DNA from: Macrostomum lignano
Taxonomy: Eukaryota
Assembly (NCBI GenBank): GCA_002269645.1
Contig: NIVC01000102.1
Span: 329,950-393,949, forward strand
Reading direction: 5' to 3'
Length of the DNA stretch: 64,000 bases
Below, one piece after another: positions 1-32,679 of this stretch. The notes under the pieces were generated by a model, which did not search any database, was not told the origin of the DNA, and saw only the letters and a program-made list of their open reading frames with translations. Made by a program: the position numbers and the translations under genes. Numbering within the stretch: the first letter of the stretch is position 1; each line of letters starts with the position of its first letter.

Positions 1-39
1 TATGCACGATTTTCTGTAAGCTACTCAATTCACACTCAC

Positions 40-530
40 AGGTGTTATAATCATAATGTAGTGCATCAGTCACGTTCTCTTCCATAGCCTTGATTGCTTT
101 CAGCAGCTCCACGGCGGGCGTGTTGTACCGAACGTTGTCTGATTTGAGAATGTCGAACTTCATCAGTCGCTTACAGTCGGAGTTGCAGGTGGTCAGCCGA
201 GTCAAGAATAAGATGTCCGTCTGAGGACTGACTCGGCTCATGGTCACGGTGTCGGTGGGACAGAAGTACACGTCAGAAACTCGAATGGCAGCGTGGTAGA
301 CAAGCTGGTGGAGAGCGGCACACTGGCGAACTGCAGGCCCAGGGTGTGCACATGTGGTAGGTGAACCCGCCGTAGGTGCCCAGCAGGAAGCAGAGCCACA
401 GGGTTCTGCCGAAGGTGCTGGCCTGGGCCCCGAATCTGCCCAGTCCGTGGGCGGTGGTGCAGCTGCAGAACTCATTCAGGTAGCTGCGAATGGCGCTGCC
501 GTCAGATGCTTCGTTGCTCCTCTCGGACAT
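40..530 (-). CDS. DEG/ENaC (ASIC/FaNaC-like) channel, first coding exon; two apparent 1-nt frameshifts; gene continues off the left edge
   Basis: ATG at 530 gives MSERSNE...FCSCTTAHGLGRF (pre-TM1 HG motif) then hydrophobic TM1 (RTLWLCFLLGTYGGFTYHM). After shifts at about 346 and 275 it reads TLGLQFASVPLSTSLSTTLPFEF(P)DVYFCP..., resembling the post-TM1 FPxVTxC motif, and stays open to a GTGAGT donor at 39. Confidence 0.8.
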
Positions 531-789
531 TAGTAGAGTTATCCTATTGAAGTGTATCTGCACAAATCCAAAACGCATAGATTTTGAGCTGAGCCGCCAG
601 TTGCTCAGTATTAAAGAGGCACTCCCATGCAGCTGGATAATTACCGCCATTTTTATAAGCAGCAGTCATGCAGCCTAGTTTGTCAAGATTTATCCGACTT
701 CATGAGCTCCAACAGTATAACAACAAAATACAACAAAATACGCTGTCAGGATGGCAAAAGTCAGCGTCACAGGGCGCGCTTCATGGCTG

Positions 790-1570
790 CACCGGCTGTG
801 GGCAGTACGAATCGGCGCGGATGAGATGGCCTGCGAGCTGGAGTCGCCGACGGCGCATTAGATCGCTTGGACGTGGCAGGCCAGCGCGGTGATAGAGTGC
901 CGCGTTGTTGACTCGCTCGAGGCCGATGTTGAAGGCGGCGCGCAGCAGCTGCCAGCGTGCGCCACGTCGACTTGCTGTTCGAGTGAGTCCGTCAGCGTCC
1001 AGGTCTCGGCGTTGTAGAGCAAGACGGTCTCGATTACCACCTGGAACAGCGCCGCCCTCTGGCGGTCCGGTAGGGCCTCAGACTGCAGGACTGCCCTCAC
1101 AGAACGAAAGGCAGCCAGGTTCAGCGGGTTGCGCCGCTTTTGCCCCGTCAGAGCGTTGATGGCGGACCAGGCCACGCGCCCTCTGGCATCGGGCCCAGCG
1201 GCAGAGACAGCCTGAATGGCGTCATCGACAGCCGCTTGTTGGCGCTGCAGGTAGATAGCTGCCAGAGCTGCCTCTGCCTCGCGGGTTGGTCGCCTGCTCA
1301 AGTGGAGCCTCTCCAGATCTTCCCTCGCTGCCTGAATCGCGGGGTCGTCCTGCCAGACCGGCTGCCCACGTTGAGCCGGTTGCATCATCGGGACTGCTTG
1401 CTCAGCGGCGGTTCTGACTGCAGCGCACACTTCCGCATACTCTACACTTCCACGCTTGTCGCCCAGCGCAGTGTTAAAGGCGCTAGCAAAGCGACGCTGC
1501 GTATCGGTGGCTCTGAGCGCGCGGTAGTAGCGCCGTGGTGGCCGCTTCGGCGGACGGTAGAGCGTCCAAC
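790..1570 (-). mobile_element. RTE-clade non-LTR retrotransposon fragment, internally deleted (RT core missing)
   Basis: ORF 858-1430 joins a pre-RT linker (ARGRVAWSAINALTG...NLA) directly to the post-RT C-terminus (AFRSVRAVL...LLYNAETWTL). A second frame continues LLRAAFNIGLERVNNAALYHRAGL...RRRRLQLAGHLIR. No YADD motif. Confidence 0.8.
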
Positions 1571-2199
1571 AGTATGTAATTAATTATATAGGGTTTGAAA
1601 TTAAAAATTGCATTCACGACATTTCCAGCCTCCTCAACTCGGGCCTCTCAGGCGGTGCAGTTGGCATGGGTGGGGGCTGCATAACTGCATAATTAGCCGC
1701 TCATTAAAATCAAGTTGGCATTTCATTTCAGCTAAGCCTCAAAGCCACTCTATCTACACTGCATATAGAATTGACTAGCAAGCGCCACTGTCAATTTAAA
1801 TGAGCTGGCGTATCCAGCAATTGAGCAAATTAAGTATGACGAAGAATTTCCTCAAGCACTACTGAACCAGTGACTACCAGCTACTTAAGTTGAGTAGTCC
1901 TTGTACCGAATCGCAGCTTTTAAAACTGTCAGAAGGGGCTGCCGAGTGACGCAGGACGGGCAGGTCTGATCCAGCCGTGTTCACATGAAACTGGCATACA
2001 GGCGTCCAAATTTTCTCACCAAGTAGTTGCTATTGCATAGTTTTCAAACTTTTGCTTTTGTGTAGTTTTTGAATAACCCTGCGTGAGACAGCTTTTACGA
2101 TATAAGTATAATCGAGTAAAAGAAGAATAGATTTCCAACTTGCGGTTGAACAGAAGAGGCATTGAAGTTATAAGACATATTTGTCACAGTTTCCTGTGG

Positions 2200-2655
2200 C
2201 TAATGCTCATCTTGGACAGTCTTGGACTTTCTTGGACTTTCTTGGACTTTCTTGGAAAGAAAGTTTCGAAACTTCTTTGAAATGCCGCTCAACGAGTTGT
2301 TCTCGTACGGATAGGAGCTGAACGATGGCGGCACGTACACCGCTTCCATGGAGTCGTTTGTCAGCGGATGCTTGGCCTCGTACCGCTCCAAGATTCTCGT
2401 CAGTCCAACTGGTCCAGCAAAGCAGAGAATGTCCCGTTTCGGCTGAATGAGAGACCGCTGGTCGAGCACAAACCTGTAGAACCTGTGCCCTGGCGCCGAC
2501 ATGAGGAAGGCGCGACTGGGCGCAGGTCTTATGGGCCAGTAAGGCCCGAAACTGTTGGCGACGGTTGCAGATCGTTTGCTGTGTCTGAAATCCTGTCGAT
2601 CAGGAAGGTGAGAATCGCTCGATTACCTTTTGTACTAATGAGCGAGCTCGAAAGC
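2200..2655 (-). CDS. Possible orphan coding exon, product unknown
   Basis: GC-rich island, stop-free frame of about 140 codons ending at TAG 2200-2202 (ORF-track part MSAPGHRFYRFVLDQR...). Pyrimidine tract and CAG upstream near 2655-2720. No family recognised. Confidence 0.3.
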
Positions 2656-3497
2656 TGTACATAACTCGACTCTCGTAGCCAAATAAAAGAAAGAAGGCTG
2701 ATCGAAAGAAAGAAAGAAAGAAAGAAGAAAGAAGTACAATCGCTGATTTCCATTTTTTGCACTTTGATTTTGCAGTTGGCAGTGCGAAAATATTCATAGT
2801 AAAACAAAACTGCAATTTTATCGTTTAATTTTGCTGCGGCTATCTGCATATTAGGTTTACTGACTTCCTTTGCACTGGCTAATTTTTCTACCTCTTTATT
2901 AGTAACGCTAACAGCTTAAAATTAGCAACTGCTACCAATAGACTACCCTTTGCTATGGGTAAGGCATTGCAACGCGGGCTTTATTGGTGGTGACAATTGA
3001 GCCAATGCATGTTCTATTGAATAATGACGAAAGCTCAGTAGAAGTTATGGTAGAAAGAGGAGGGACATTGCTGTTGGGTCAAACTAGGGAATCAAAGTTA
3101 AATGTGCTGAGTCAGAGCAACTCAGGACTGCCTGTCTTTTAAATTTTAGATTTTAATGATTATATTTACCGAAGTAGCTTAGCCAGTCAGCAGCACTATT
3201 TCATGCTAACAAAATGAAATGATTGTATCGATAAACTGGAAATCTCGATAAAAACAATTTAATCCCACAGGGTTAGCAAGTACCACCGAGGAAAGACACT
3301 AGGACAAACAATGTCTCGGGGAATATCGGAGCAAAAGCAGGATACGCAAAATTAAATTTAAGTGTTTGTCTAAAACAAAATTATTTTTTAAAAAGACGCA
3401 GCTCAAGACTATCAGCAGTAGTTTGTTTGTGGTAGTTTGAACAAAAATCTGAAGTTTTGAAGAAATATAAAAGTGAAAATCAACATAGATTATATTC

Positions 3498-3538
3498 TTT
3501 CGACGCGTTTCGGTCCAACTAGGGCCATCTTCAGGTCT
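3498..3538 (-). ncRNA. Penelope-type minimal hammerhead ribozyme motif (degenerate stem I)
   Basis: Minus strand AGAC-CTGAAGA-T-GGCCC-TAGTT-GGACC-GAAA-C-GC-GTC-GAA: CUGANGA and GAAA core, palindromic CGCG, GUC triplet. Stem II has one mismatch. Confidence 0.55.
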
Positions 3539-3799
3539 GGTATATTTTTAGTCACACAACAACTTTTATAAGAGATAAGCGAACAAATGTTTACTGTACA
3601 GTCCAAGGGGCATATCATGGGCAGAATTTTCAAAGTAAATGAGCAGAGATTACGGGTACATTGTTCAGGTTTGTGCCTTCACTTAGAAAACCTTGAGCAA
3701 ATGGCCCGCACCACAATGGGAGAGCTGAATATTCAGATTTGGTTTTTGGTTTTTAATGTACATGGATTCAAGTATATTAAGCCTAAAGTTAGTCCCAGT

Positions 3800-4045
3800 C
3801 CCCTCTCTCTTCTCCCCCTCTCTACTATCTTCCCTCAATCTCCCCTGTCCCTCTCTCCTCTCTCCCTTCTCTCCCCTATCTTCTCTTCTCCCTCCTCTCT
3901 CCTCTCTCCTCTCTTACCTCTTTCTTCGCCCCTCTCCTCTCTTACCTCTCTCTTCGCCCCTCTCCTCTCTCCCCTCTCTCTTCTCTCTTTTCTCATCTGT
4001 CCCCTTTTTCCTCATCTTGTCTTGTTTCTTATCTATTCTACTCCA
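3800..4045 (+). repeat. CT-rich low-complexity tract
   Basis: Runs of ctctcccc/ctctctt; explains ORFs 3587-4138 and 3756-4232. Confidence 0.85.
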
Positions 4046-6062
4046 TCTCCTTTCCTCTCTCGTCTGGCCCATAGCCATGAGCTGGACTCTTCATCCGGCC
4101 ATTGCGGTAAAAAAGTTTGCCGACCGAATAATTCTTAAATACACGGGAAATTGTTATTTAAATCCGACTAACACACTCTTAAGAGCCATAAACATTATTT
4201 TCAATCTTCAAAACTTGAAGTGCAGGGCATAGTTAAGCCAAGGATCATTTTAGTTATAGACTGGACTTCTAGTCTAGAAGTCCTTGAGTTAAGCATTTGA
4301 ATGCGTTTTGAACTTGTTACAAAAACTATCTAAGCTCGACCGCGAAGTAGTCAATTACTTTGTTATTACTTTGTGTTATACGAGTTCTATGGGCATACTG
4401 TTTAAAAAGCTGCTTACCGCTTCGAAAGAATTCACCTATTTTACTTTTTTGAACAGTCAGTCAAGTCTAGTAGAGCAGTCTTGCCCCAAGCATTTTCAGT
4501 GCTCCAATCGGTTAGCCAGTAAAGCTAGTGGAATTTTTCTGCAGCAGCCTTCATCAGAGCCGTAGAGGAATTACAGATCCGTGTGATTTGTGCATGCCCC
4601 AACTGCCAGCAGAGCTTTGAACGGCGGTGAAGTCAATAAGGGGGATCATGGAAGACTTTAGATGTCGAATTCAGCCTCATGGCTTTCAATCTGTCTTGTC
4701 GCTATTATCAGCAGTGCGCCCGCGGAACTCGTCAGACAGGTCTTCGCAGTTGTCAAACTTCAGCAGCTTCTGTAGTTCGATCTCTCTGGCCACAGCTGCT
4801 TTAGACTGGCGCTCTGGTTCTCTTCCTGAGGTTTGTTTTGAAAAATAAAAAAACTACACTGCACACTCACGGTCGTTTTTATTTCTCTACATTATTTACT
4901 GGTTTTCCCTTCAATTCAATACACACCGACGTCGACATTTACATCACATCGACGGATAAGGACGTACTAGTAATATTGGCCTGCCAGCTGTTAAGCCCGT
5001 CGGAGAAGGGCCGCAGTCTGGTTGAGGCTGAACGTTGATGAAATGTAAAAGTACGTATCTGTCATCGACATCGGCCTAAATACGTCGGATTGCTTTATAC
5101 GGGAATGTACGGGAATGTATGAGTATAACAAATATTGTGAATTAACGTGAGTTATTTTTTGTACAACATGCAATTTTGTTTCGTCTGATAGCTCACTCAT
5201 TTTTGATAGGGGATTAGAACTATTGTTGGACTTAGTTTACGAGCTAGTTTACAGGTACTTTTATTAGCGCGTACATTTGGCTGGTTAGTTGTAGCTAATT
5301 AGCTTTAGCTTGATCATTAACTTTGTTTGAATTGCAAACCGTATTCGAGAACTAACAAATACAAGAAATACATCAATCTCTGAATACTTTCGTTACAATT
5401 TAGCTATTTATAGCCACATATGCAAAACTTAACGATGGGACAAATAATACAACTGGCTGAAGCGCGTAATCTTTCTGATTCCTGAGATATATTATACTAA
5501 TGTACAAAACAGACACGCGTAATCTCAGCATTCAAAGAAAACACTAACAAGTTTGAGCTCAGAATCCATGTACATTGTGGTGCTTGTATGCGTAATATAT
5601 TATTAGCGATATAACTTTTTTATTTCACAACAACAAACGGCAGACTTTCATTTGAAGCGGGCTTTGCACAAATATTCATCCTAATGTCTTAACGTTAAAA
5701 CTAACTTCGATACAAAAAACAGTTGAAAAATTGCTTAGGATTGACATACAAAAATATGTATATGAATCTACAAATTCATTTTAATGTATTGCAAGTTTTT
5801 CATCAAATATCAATATTCTAATTATAGAAAACGAAAAAAGTTGACATAATTCAAATTTTTAAGCCGTGGAATGAATCTAAACAGTTGCGAGCGTGAACTT
5901 GAAGCTGAGTTGCCGCTAACATCGACCCAATCGAGCATGCTTTAGTGGACAAGACACTTTGCTAAATAAATGTGCGACTGCAGTATTCGTTGTCTTTGAT
6001 TTATAAGCAAGCTTAGCTCTATGTGTGTGTACATGTTTTTTTTAGTTTTCTAATCATAAGAA

Positions 6063-6236
6063 GGGGACGCTAGAATTCGCGCGACTTGGCATTCACACGA
6101 CTAGATTTTGAACTACGAGTAACTGGAATCCTAGCGACTGAATTTCGCAGGAATGGATTTAAACACATTTACACCAACAAATACTCCTTTCTAAACCCTC
6201 TAACTCAAATCCAATTGCGCGAATTCTAGCGTCCCC
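6063..6236. mobile_element. 174-bp MITE-like non-autonomous DNA transposon
   Basis: Perfect 20-bp TIRs GGGGACGCTAGAATTCGCGC (6063-6082) and GCGCGAATTCTAGCGTCCCC (6217-6236), flanked by the direct repeat TAAGAA (6057-6062 and 6237-6242). Confidence 0.8.
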
Positions 6237-6794
6237 TAAGAAGCTTAGCTTGTGAGTAAATTTTAAAGCCCTAAACTAAGCTGTGGAGCATCCATAACAC
6301 AAATTAATTCGTAGAATCTCTTTCAAATAAGACCAGCTAGAAATGATGCAATTAAGCAATTTCATACCGTAGCGAAATTCAAAAAATGCTACTTAGAATG
6401 AATACTAATTAGTAGTATATGCACATTAAACTTACTACATTGTTTTCAAAACTGAGAATGCTTGAAAGTCAAAGCCAGTACGAGCTAATGAATATATACA
6501 AAATTACAAGCAAAATACGCATCCTAGAACAGAGCATTGTGACCCATCTGGATATGCAAAATACAATTTACTACCTTAGTTCAAATATTTTTTTTTGTTT
6601 TCTTTGAAGGTAAGCGTCATTCTACTTTAATTATCTGTACTACAGTAAGCAGAGAGTTGTTATTACTGCCATCTGAGTCTTTAATAACAATCACCAGGTA
6701 AATTGTGTTCAGTGGATAAGATAAAAAGCACATTACTTTTAAGCGAATGAGAAGGTGTTTTGTGAACCAATTCAGATGTTAAAAGCACGCTTTT

Positions 6795-28098
<21,304 letters not shown>

Positions 28099-28279
28099 TT
28101 TTCCGGCTTTCTGCCTTCTTTTAGAAGAAGCAGAACTATAACTACAGCTGAAATTCTCACTAACTAATCAGCTCATGCTTGCTGGTTTCTGAGGGCGCAG
28201 TAGTACTCGATACATTAAAAAAAAGAAAATGGCCCTGTGTGTGTGTGGTGTGCCTGATAAACACTAATGAAGGGCCACC

Positions 28280-28287
28280 ATTGGCTG
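28280..28287 (-). promoter_or_regulatory. CCAAT box upstream of cassette A
   Basis: Sense-strand CAGCCAAT about 182 bp upstream of the ATG. Confidence 0.5.
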
Positions 28288-28454
28288 CTGCAAACCAATC
28301 CAATCTCTGGGAATCTTTCCTCAAATCATGGAAACTCTAAAGCTAGACATCTGGGAAGGAAGCAAAGGGGAAGTCGCAGAAATGTCGAAAATGTTAAACC
28401 CTAATTTCTAAGAAATTCCTAATTTATTGATAAAAGAGTGAGATTATAGATTCT

Positions 28455-29125
28455 AAGGTGAGACTGATAGACGCAGTGGTGAGACTGATAGATTCAGGGG
28501 TGAGACTGGTAGATGCAGGGTTGAGATTGATAGATGTAGGGTTGAGATTGATAGATGAAGGGTTAAGATTGATAGATGCAGGGTTGAGACTGATAGACGC
28601 AGTGGTGAGACTGATAGATGCAAGGTTGAGACTGGTAGATGTAGGGTTGAGATTGATAGATGCAGGGTTGAGATTGATAGATGCAGGGTTGAGATTGATA
28701 GATGCAGGATTGAGATTGATAGATGTAGGGTTGAGATTGATAGATGCAGGGTTGAGACTGATAGATTAGTTGTGAGACTAACCAATGCAGGTTTGAGACT
28801 ATTAGATGCAGGGATGAGACTGATAGACGCAGAGGCAAGACTGATGGACGCAGGGGCGAGACTGTTAGACGCAGAGGCAAGACTGATGGATGCAGGGATA
28901 ACACTGATAGATGCAGGGATGACACTGATGGATGCAGGGATAACACTGATAGATGCAGGGATAACACTGATAGATGCAGGGATGACACTGATGGATGCAG
29001 GGATAACACTGATAGATGCAGGGATGACACTGATGGATGCAGGGGTGAGACTGATGGATGCAGGGATAACACTGATAGATGCAGGGATGAGACTGATGGA
29101 TGCAGGGATGAGACTGATGGATGCA
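28455..29125 (+). repeat. 21-bp minisatellites (two related variants)
   Basis: Units gagattgatagatgcagggtt and acactgatagatgcagggata. Confidence 0.92.
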
Positions 29126-29597
29126 CAGTTTGGCTCCAGATTGTCTCTAATTCTCCTTAACCCATCCAACAGCCCATTGTGCTCTCAGCAAACACGCTGC
29201 CTTGACTTTTCAAAACTCCCTTGGCAAACCCGGGCATCCCTCGAGATCCCGACGCCTTCTTGCCAGCCTGCGCAGCATCCCATCAATTCTCCCTACACCC
29301 AAGTCAGGCCAGGCGCTTTGACAAGAAAAAAAACAGACTCAGGCAAGCTCTGCTGAGAGCATGGGCTTCTCCCTTTTGGGAATTGGACCTAAAAATTTCT
29401 GAATTATATTTGCCGTCATACCTGCGACATCCCATCTCCCCGCTACCCCAGTGAACGGTGAAAGATGCATTCATCTTAGCCAAGGGAGTTCCATTGTTAG
29501 ATTAAAGTGCTTCAACTGATGCATAGGGTTGACTTTTGTAATGCGTTTCTATGGTCAAATATTAGATATTTATACACCCTATGAAGTTGTATCTGAA

Positions 29598-30125
29598 GCA
29601 CCTGACTCTATTAATCTCAACTAATAATCTAGAAGTCTCACACCTGACTCTACCAATCTCAACTAATAATCTAGAAGTCTCACACCTGACTCTACCAATC
29701 TCAACTAATAATCTAGAAGTCTCACACCTGACTCTACCAATCTCAACTAATAATCTAGAAGTCTCACACCTGACTCTACCAATCTCAACTAATAATCTAG
29801 AAGTCTCACACCTGACTCTACCAATCTCAACTAATAATCTACAAGTCTCACACCTGACTCTACCAATCTCAACTAATAATCTACAAGTCTCACACCTGAT
29901 TCTATCAGTCTCCTAATTTAATCTAAAAGTCTCACACCTGACTCTATCAATCTCCTAATTTAATCTAAAAGTCTCACACATGACTCTACCAATCTCCTAA
30001 TTTAATCTAAAAGTCTCACACATGACTCTACCAATCTCAACTAATAATCTAGAAGTCTCACACCTGACTCTACCAATCTCAACTAATAATCTAGAAGTCT
30101 CACACCTGACTCCATCAATCTCAAC
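29598..30125 (+). repeat. 42-bp minisatellite
   Basis: Unit cacctgactctaccaatctcaactaataatctagaagtctca. Confidence 0.95.
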
Positions 30126-30619
30126 CATTTAATTGGCATGTCACTCGTCTGACCTCTGCATGCATCAATTCCTTCCTTTATCTTTTTAGAATATCTTTTT
30201 TCATTTATCAGAATAATATAATCAGAATAATTCTCTTTCAAGCAAAAGATTTTTCTTGACTTAGCAATGAAGATCCTCTTTAGAAAAAAATCTGACTTCT
30301 TAATCATGTTGAGCACGTTTCTCCTGAATCTTCAGCCTCTCATTACACGGCCCTTTTGAACGAACTCCCCTCAGACCCTTAGAATCGATATCTGCAAAAT
30401 ATTTCAGTTTTAGCACAGCCCGTCGTTGCACAAAGATTGAGAAGAAAAATATGTCACAAAGAAAGAAAGAAAAAGCCAACTGTGCATTTTCTGTTCATAA
30501 AGTACCAAATGAAGAAGATAATACTGCCCATTTCACGGAAAGCTCGTTTTGATCAGAGTCTTGAAATAAAATTTCGAATTTCATTTTGGTGTTACACTTT
30601 TCAAACTATAGTGAATTAT

Positions 30620-31800
30620 GTAAACTACAGTAAATTCTGTAATCTACAGTAAGTTCTGTAAACTACAGTAAGTTCTGTAAACTACAGTAAATTCTGTAAA
30701 CTACAGTAAATTCTGTAAACTACAGTAAATTCTATAAACTACAGTAAATTCTGTAAACTACAGTAAATTCTGTAAACTACAGTAAATTCTATAAACTACA
30801 GTAAATTCTGTAAACTACAGTAAATTCTGTAAACTACAGTAAATTCTGTAAACTACAGTAAGTTCTGTAAACTACAGTAAATTCTGTAAACTACAATAAA
30901 TTCTGTAAACTACAGTAAATTCTGTAAACTACAGTAAATTCTGTAAACTACAGTAAATTCTGTAAACTACAGTAAATTCTGTAAACTACAGTAAATTCTG
31001 TAAACTACAGTAAATTCTGTAAACTACAGTAAATTCTGTAAACTACAGTAAATTCAGTAAACTACAGTAAATTCTGTAAACTACAGTGAATTATGTAAAC
31101 TACAGTAAATTCTGTAAACTACAGTAAGTTCTGTAAACTACAGTAAGTTCTGTAAACTACAGTAAATTTTGTAAACTACAGTAAATTCTGTAAACTACAG
31201 TAAGTTCTGTAAACTACAGTAAATTCTGTAAACTACAGTAAATTCTGTAAACTACAGTAAATTCTGTAAACTACAGTAAATTCTGTAAACTAGGGTAAAT
31301 TCTGTAAACTACAGTAAATTCTGTAAACTACAGTAAATTCTGTAAACTACAGTAAATTCTGTAAACTACAGTAAATTCTGTAAACTACAGTAAATTCTGT
31401 AAACTACAGTAAATTCTGTAAACTACAGTAAATTCTGTAAACTAGGGTAAATTCTGTAAACTACAGTAAATTCTGTAAACTACAGTGAATTATGTAAACT
31501 ACAGTAAATTCTGTAAACTACAGTAAATTCTGTAAACTACAGTAAATTCTGTAAACTACAGTGAATTATGTAAACTACAGTAAATTCTGTAAACTACAGT
31601 AAATTCTGTAAACTACAGTAAATTCTATAAACTACAGTAAATTCTATAAACTACAGTAAGTTCTGTAAACTACAGTAAGTTCTGTAAACTACAGTAAGTT
31701 CTGTAAACTACAGTAAATTCTATAAACTACAGTAAATTCTGTAAACTTTAGTAGATTCGGTAAACTATAGTGAATTTAGTAAACAACAGTAAATTCTGAA
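30620..31800 (+). repeat. 19-bp minisatellite, about 1.2 kb, hairpin-prone unit
   Basis: Unit taaactacagtaaattctg; contains the inverted repeat CTGTA-AAC-TACAG across the unit junction. Confidence 0.97.
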
Positions 31801-32014
31801 AACTACAACAAATTATTTATACAGGGACAGTTTATCGTACTAGATATTTTCAGATTCTTTGCTGATTTTATTTCAATATTTTAAGTTCACTACTTAGGAG
31901 TAGACTAACTAGAAAATGTTCCCGCTTAAGAAAACATATTTTAGTAGAATATTTCTGCTCCACAAAGCCTCATTTCGATACATATCGGCGCCTTGCGAAA
32001 TCGATTTCTTTTAC

Positions 32015-32370
32015 CAGAATAATCTGTGCCAATTTTCTCGGTGAAAGCGGTGTGCAGGTCCTGATCAGAGAACCGGCCGCCGTAGGTGTCCATGAACTCA
32101 GCCTTCTTGCCCATGGCTTGCCATTCTTTGTTTAAATCCATCATTAGCAGGCTGCAGCCGTCCTTGGTATAGCCATAGTTCCACGAGTACAAGCCGAAGA
32201 ACCTGCTCCAGTTGTTCGTGATGAAGATTCGCTTCAGAATCGAGCGCATCAATTCGCCGCTATCGAAGCTGACTCGGGCGAAAATCTTGTTTCTATATTT
32301 GATTTTTTCTGGATCGCGGAATGTCGACTCAACTGAGCCGATGCTCACGACCGGCTTGTTCCAGATGGCA
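32015..32370 (-). CDS. rGC variable cassette B, exon 2
   Basis: CCGCAG acceptor (phase 2); AIWNKPVVSIG...IFARVS...NNWSRF...DGCSLL...EKIGTDYS; phase-1 GTAAAA donor at 32014. Confidence 0.8.
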
Positions 32371-32452
32371 CTGCGGGAGAATTGTCCATGAATTTCTTTT
32401 TTTAATTTTATTAACTGGCTTAGTGGCAAACAGTACAGATTAAACGATTTTT

Positions 32453-32490
32453 GGCCTGAGGAAGAGCCCCGAGGCTCGAAACCGGTAGCC
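32453..32490 (+). ncRNA. Minimal type-I hammerhead ribozyme, Penelope-like-element type, intact core
   Basis: GGC-CTGAGGA-A-GAGCC-ccga-GGCTC-GAAA-C-CG-G-TA-GCC: perfect 5-bp stem II, palindromic CCGG in stem III, GUA cleavage triplet, 3-bp stem I. Confidence 0.7.
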
Positions 32491-32679
32491 CATACTAAAT
32501 TAATTATTTTTTAAACACGCCGTGACCTCTCTTCTCTCTCTCTCTCTACCTCTCTCTCTCTCACTCTCTCTCTCTCGCTTGCTAAACAAGTAGAAATACC
32601 GACACTAAAAATATCAAACCTCATTTTAAAACATTATTAAATCTCAACCTATCAACCCATCAAATCTCACTCTACATCC

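Noticed and set aside
4525-4560. CTGATGA...GAAA on the minus strand as a hammerhead
   Set aside because: No stem II pairing and no NUH triplet in the right position.
4440-4830. Coding-like minus-strand stretch (KAAVAREIELQKLLKFDNC...)
   Set aside because: Under 60 codons, no splice support, no recognisable family.
30083-30390. LKRIFI match to cassette B and a GPCN motif after a TTTTGCAG
   Set aside because: Motifs are in different frames, AT-rich, and no W-strand or phase-1 donor follows; likely chance.
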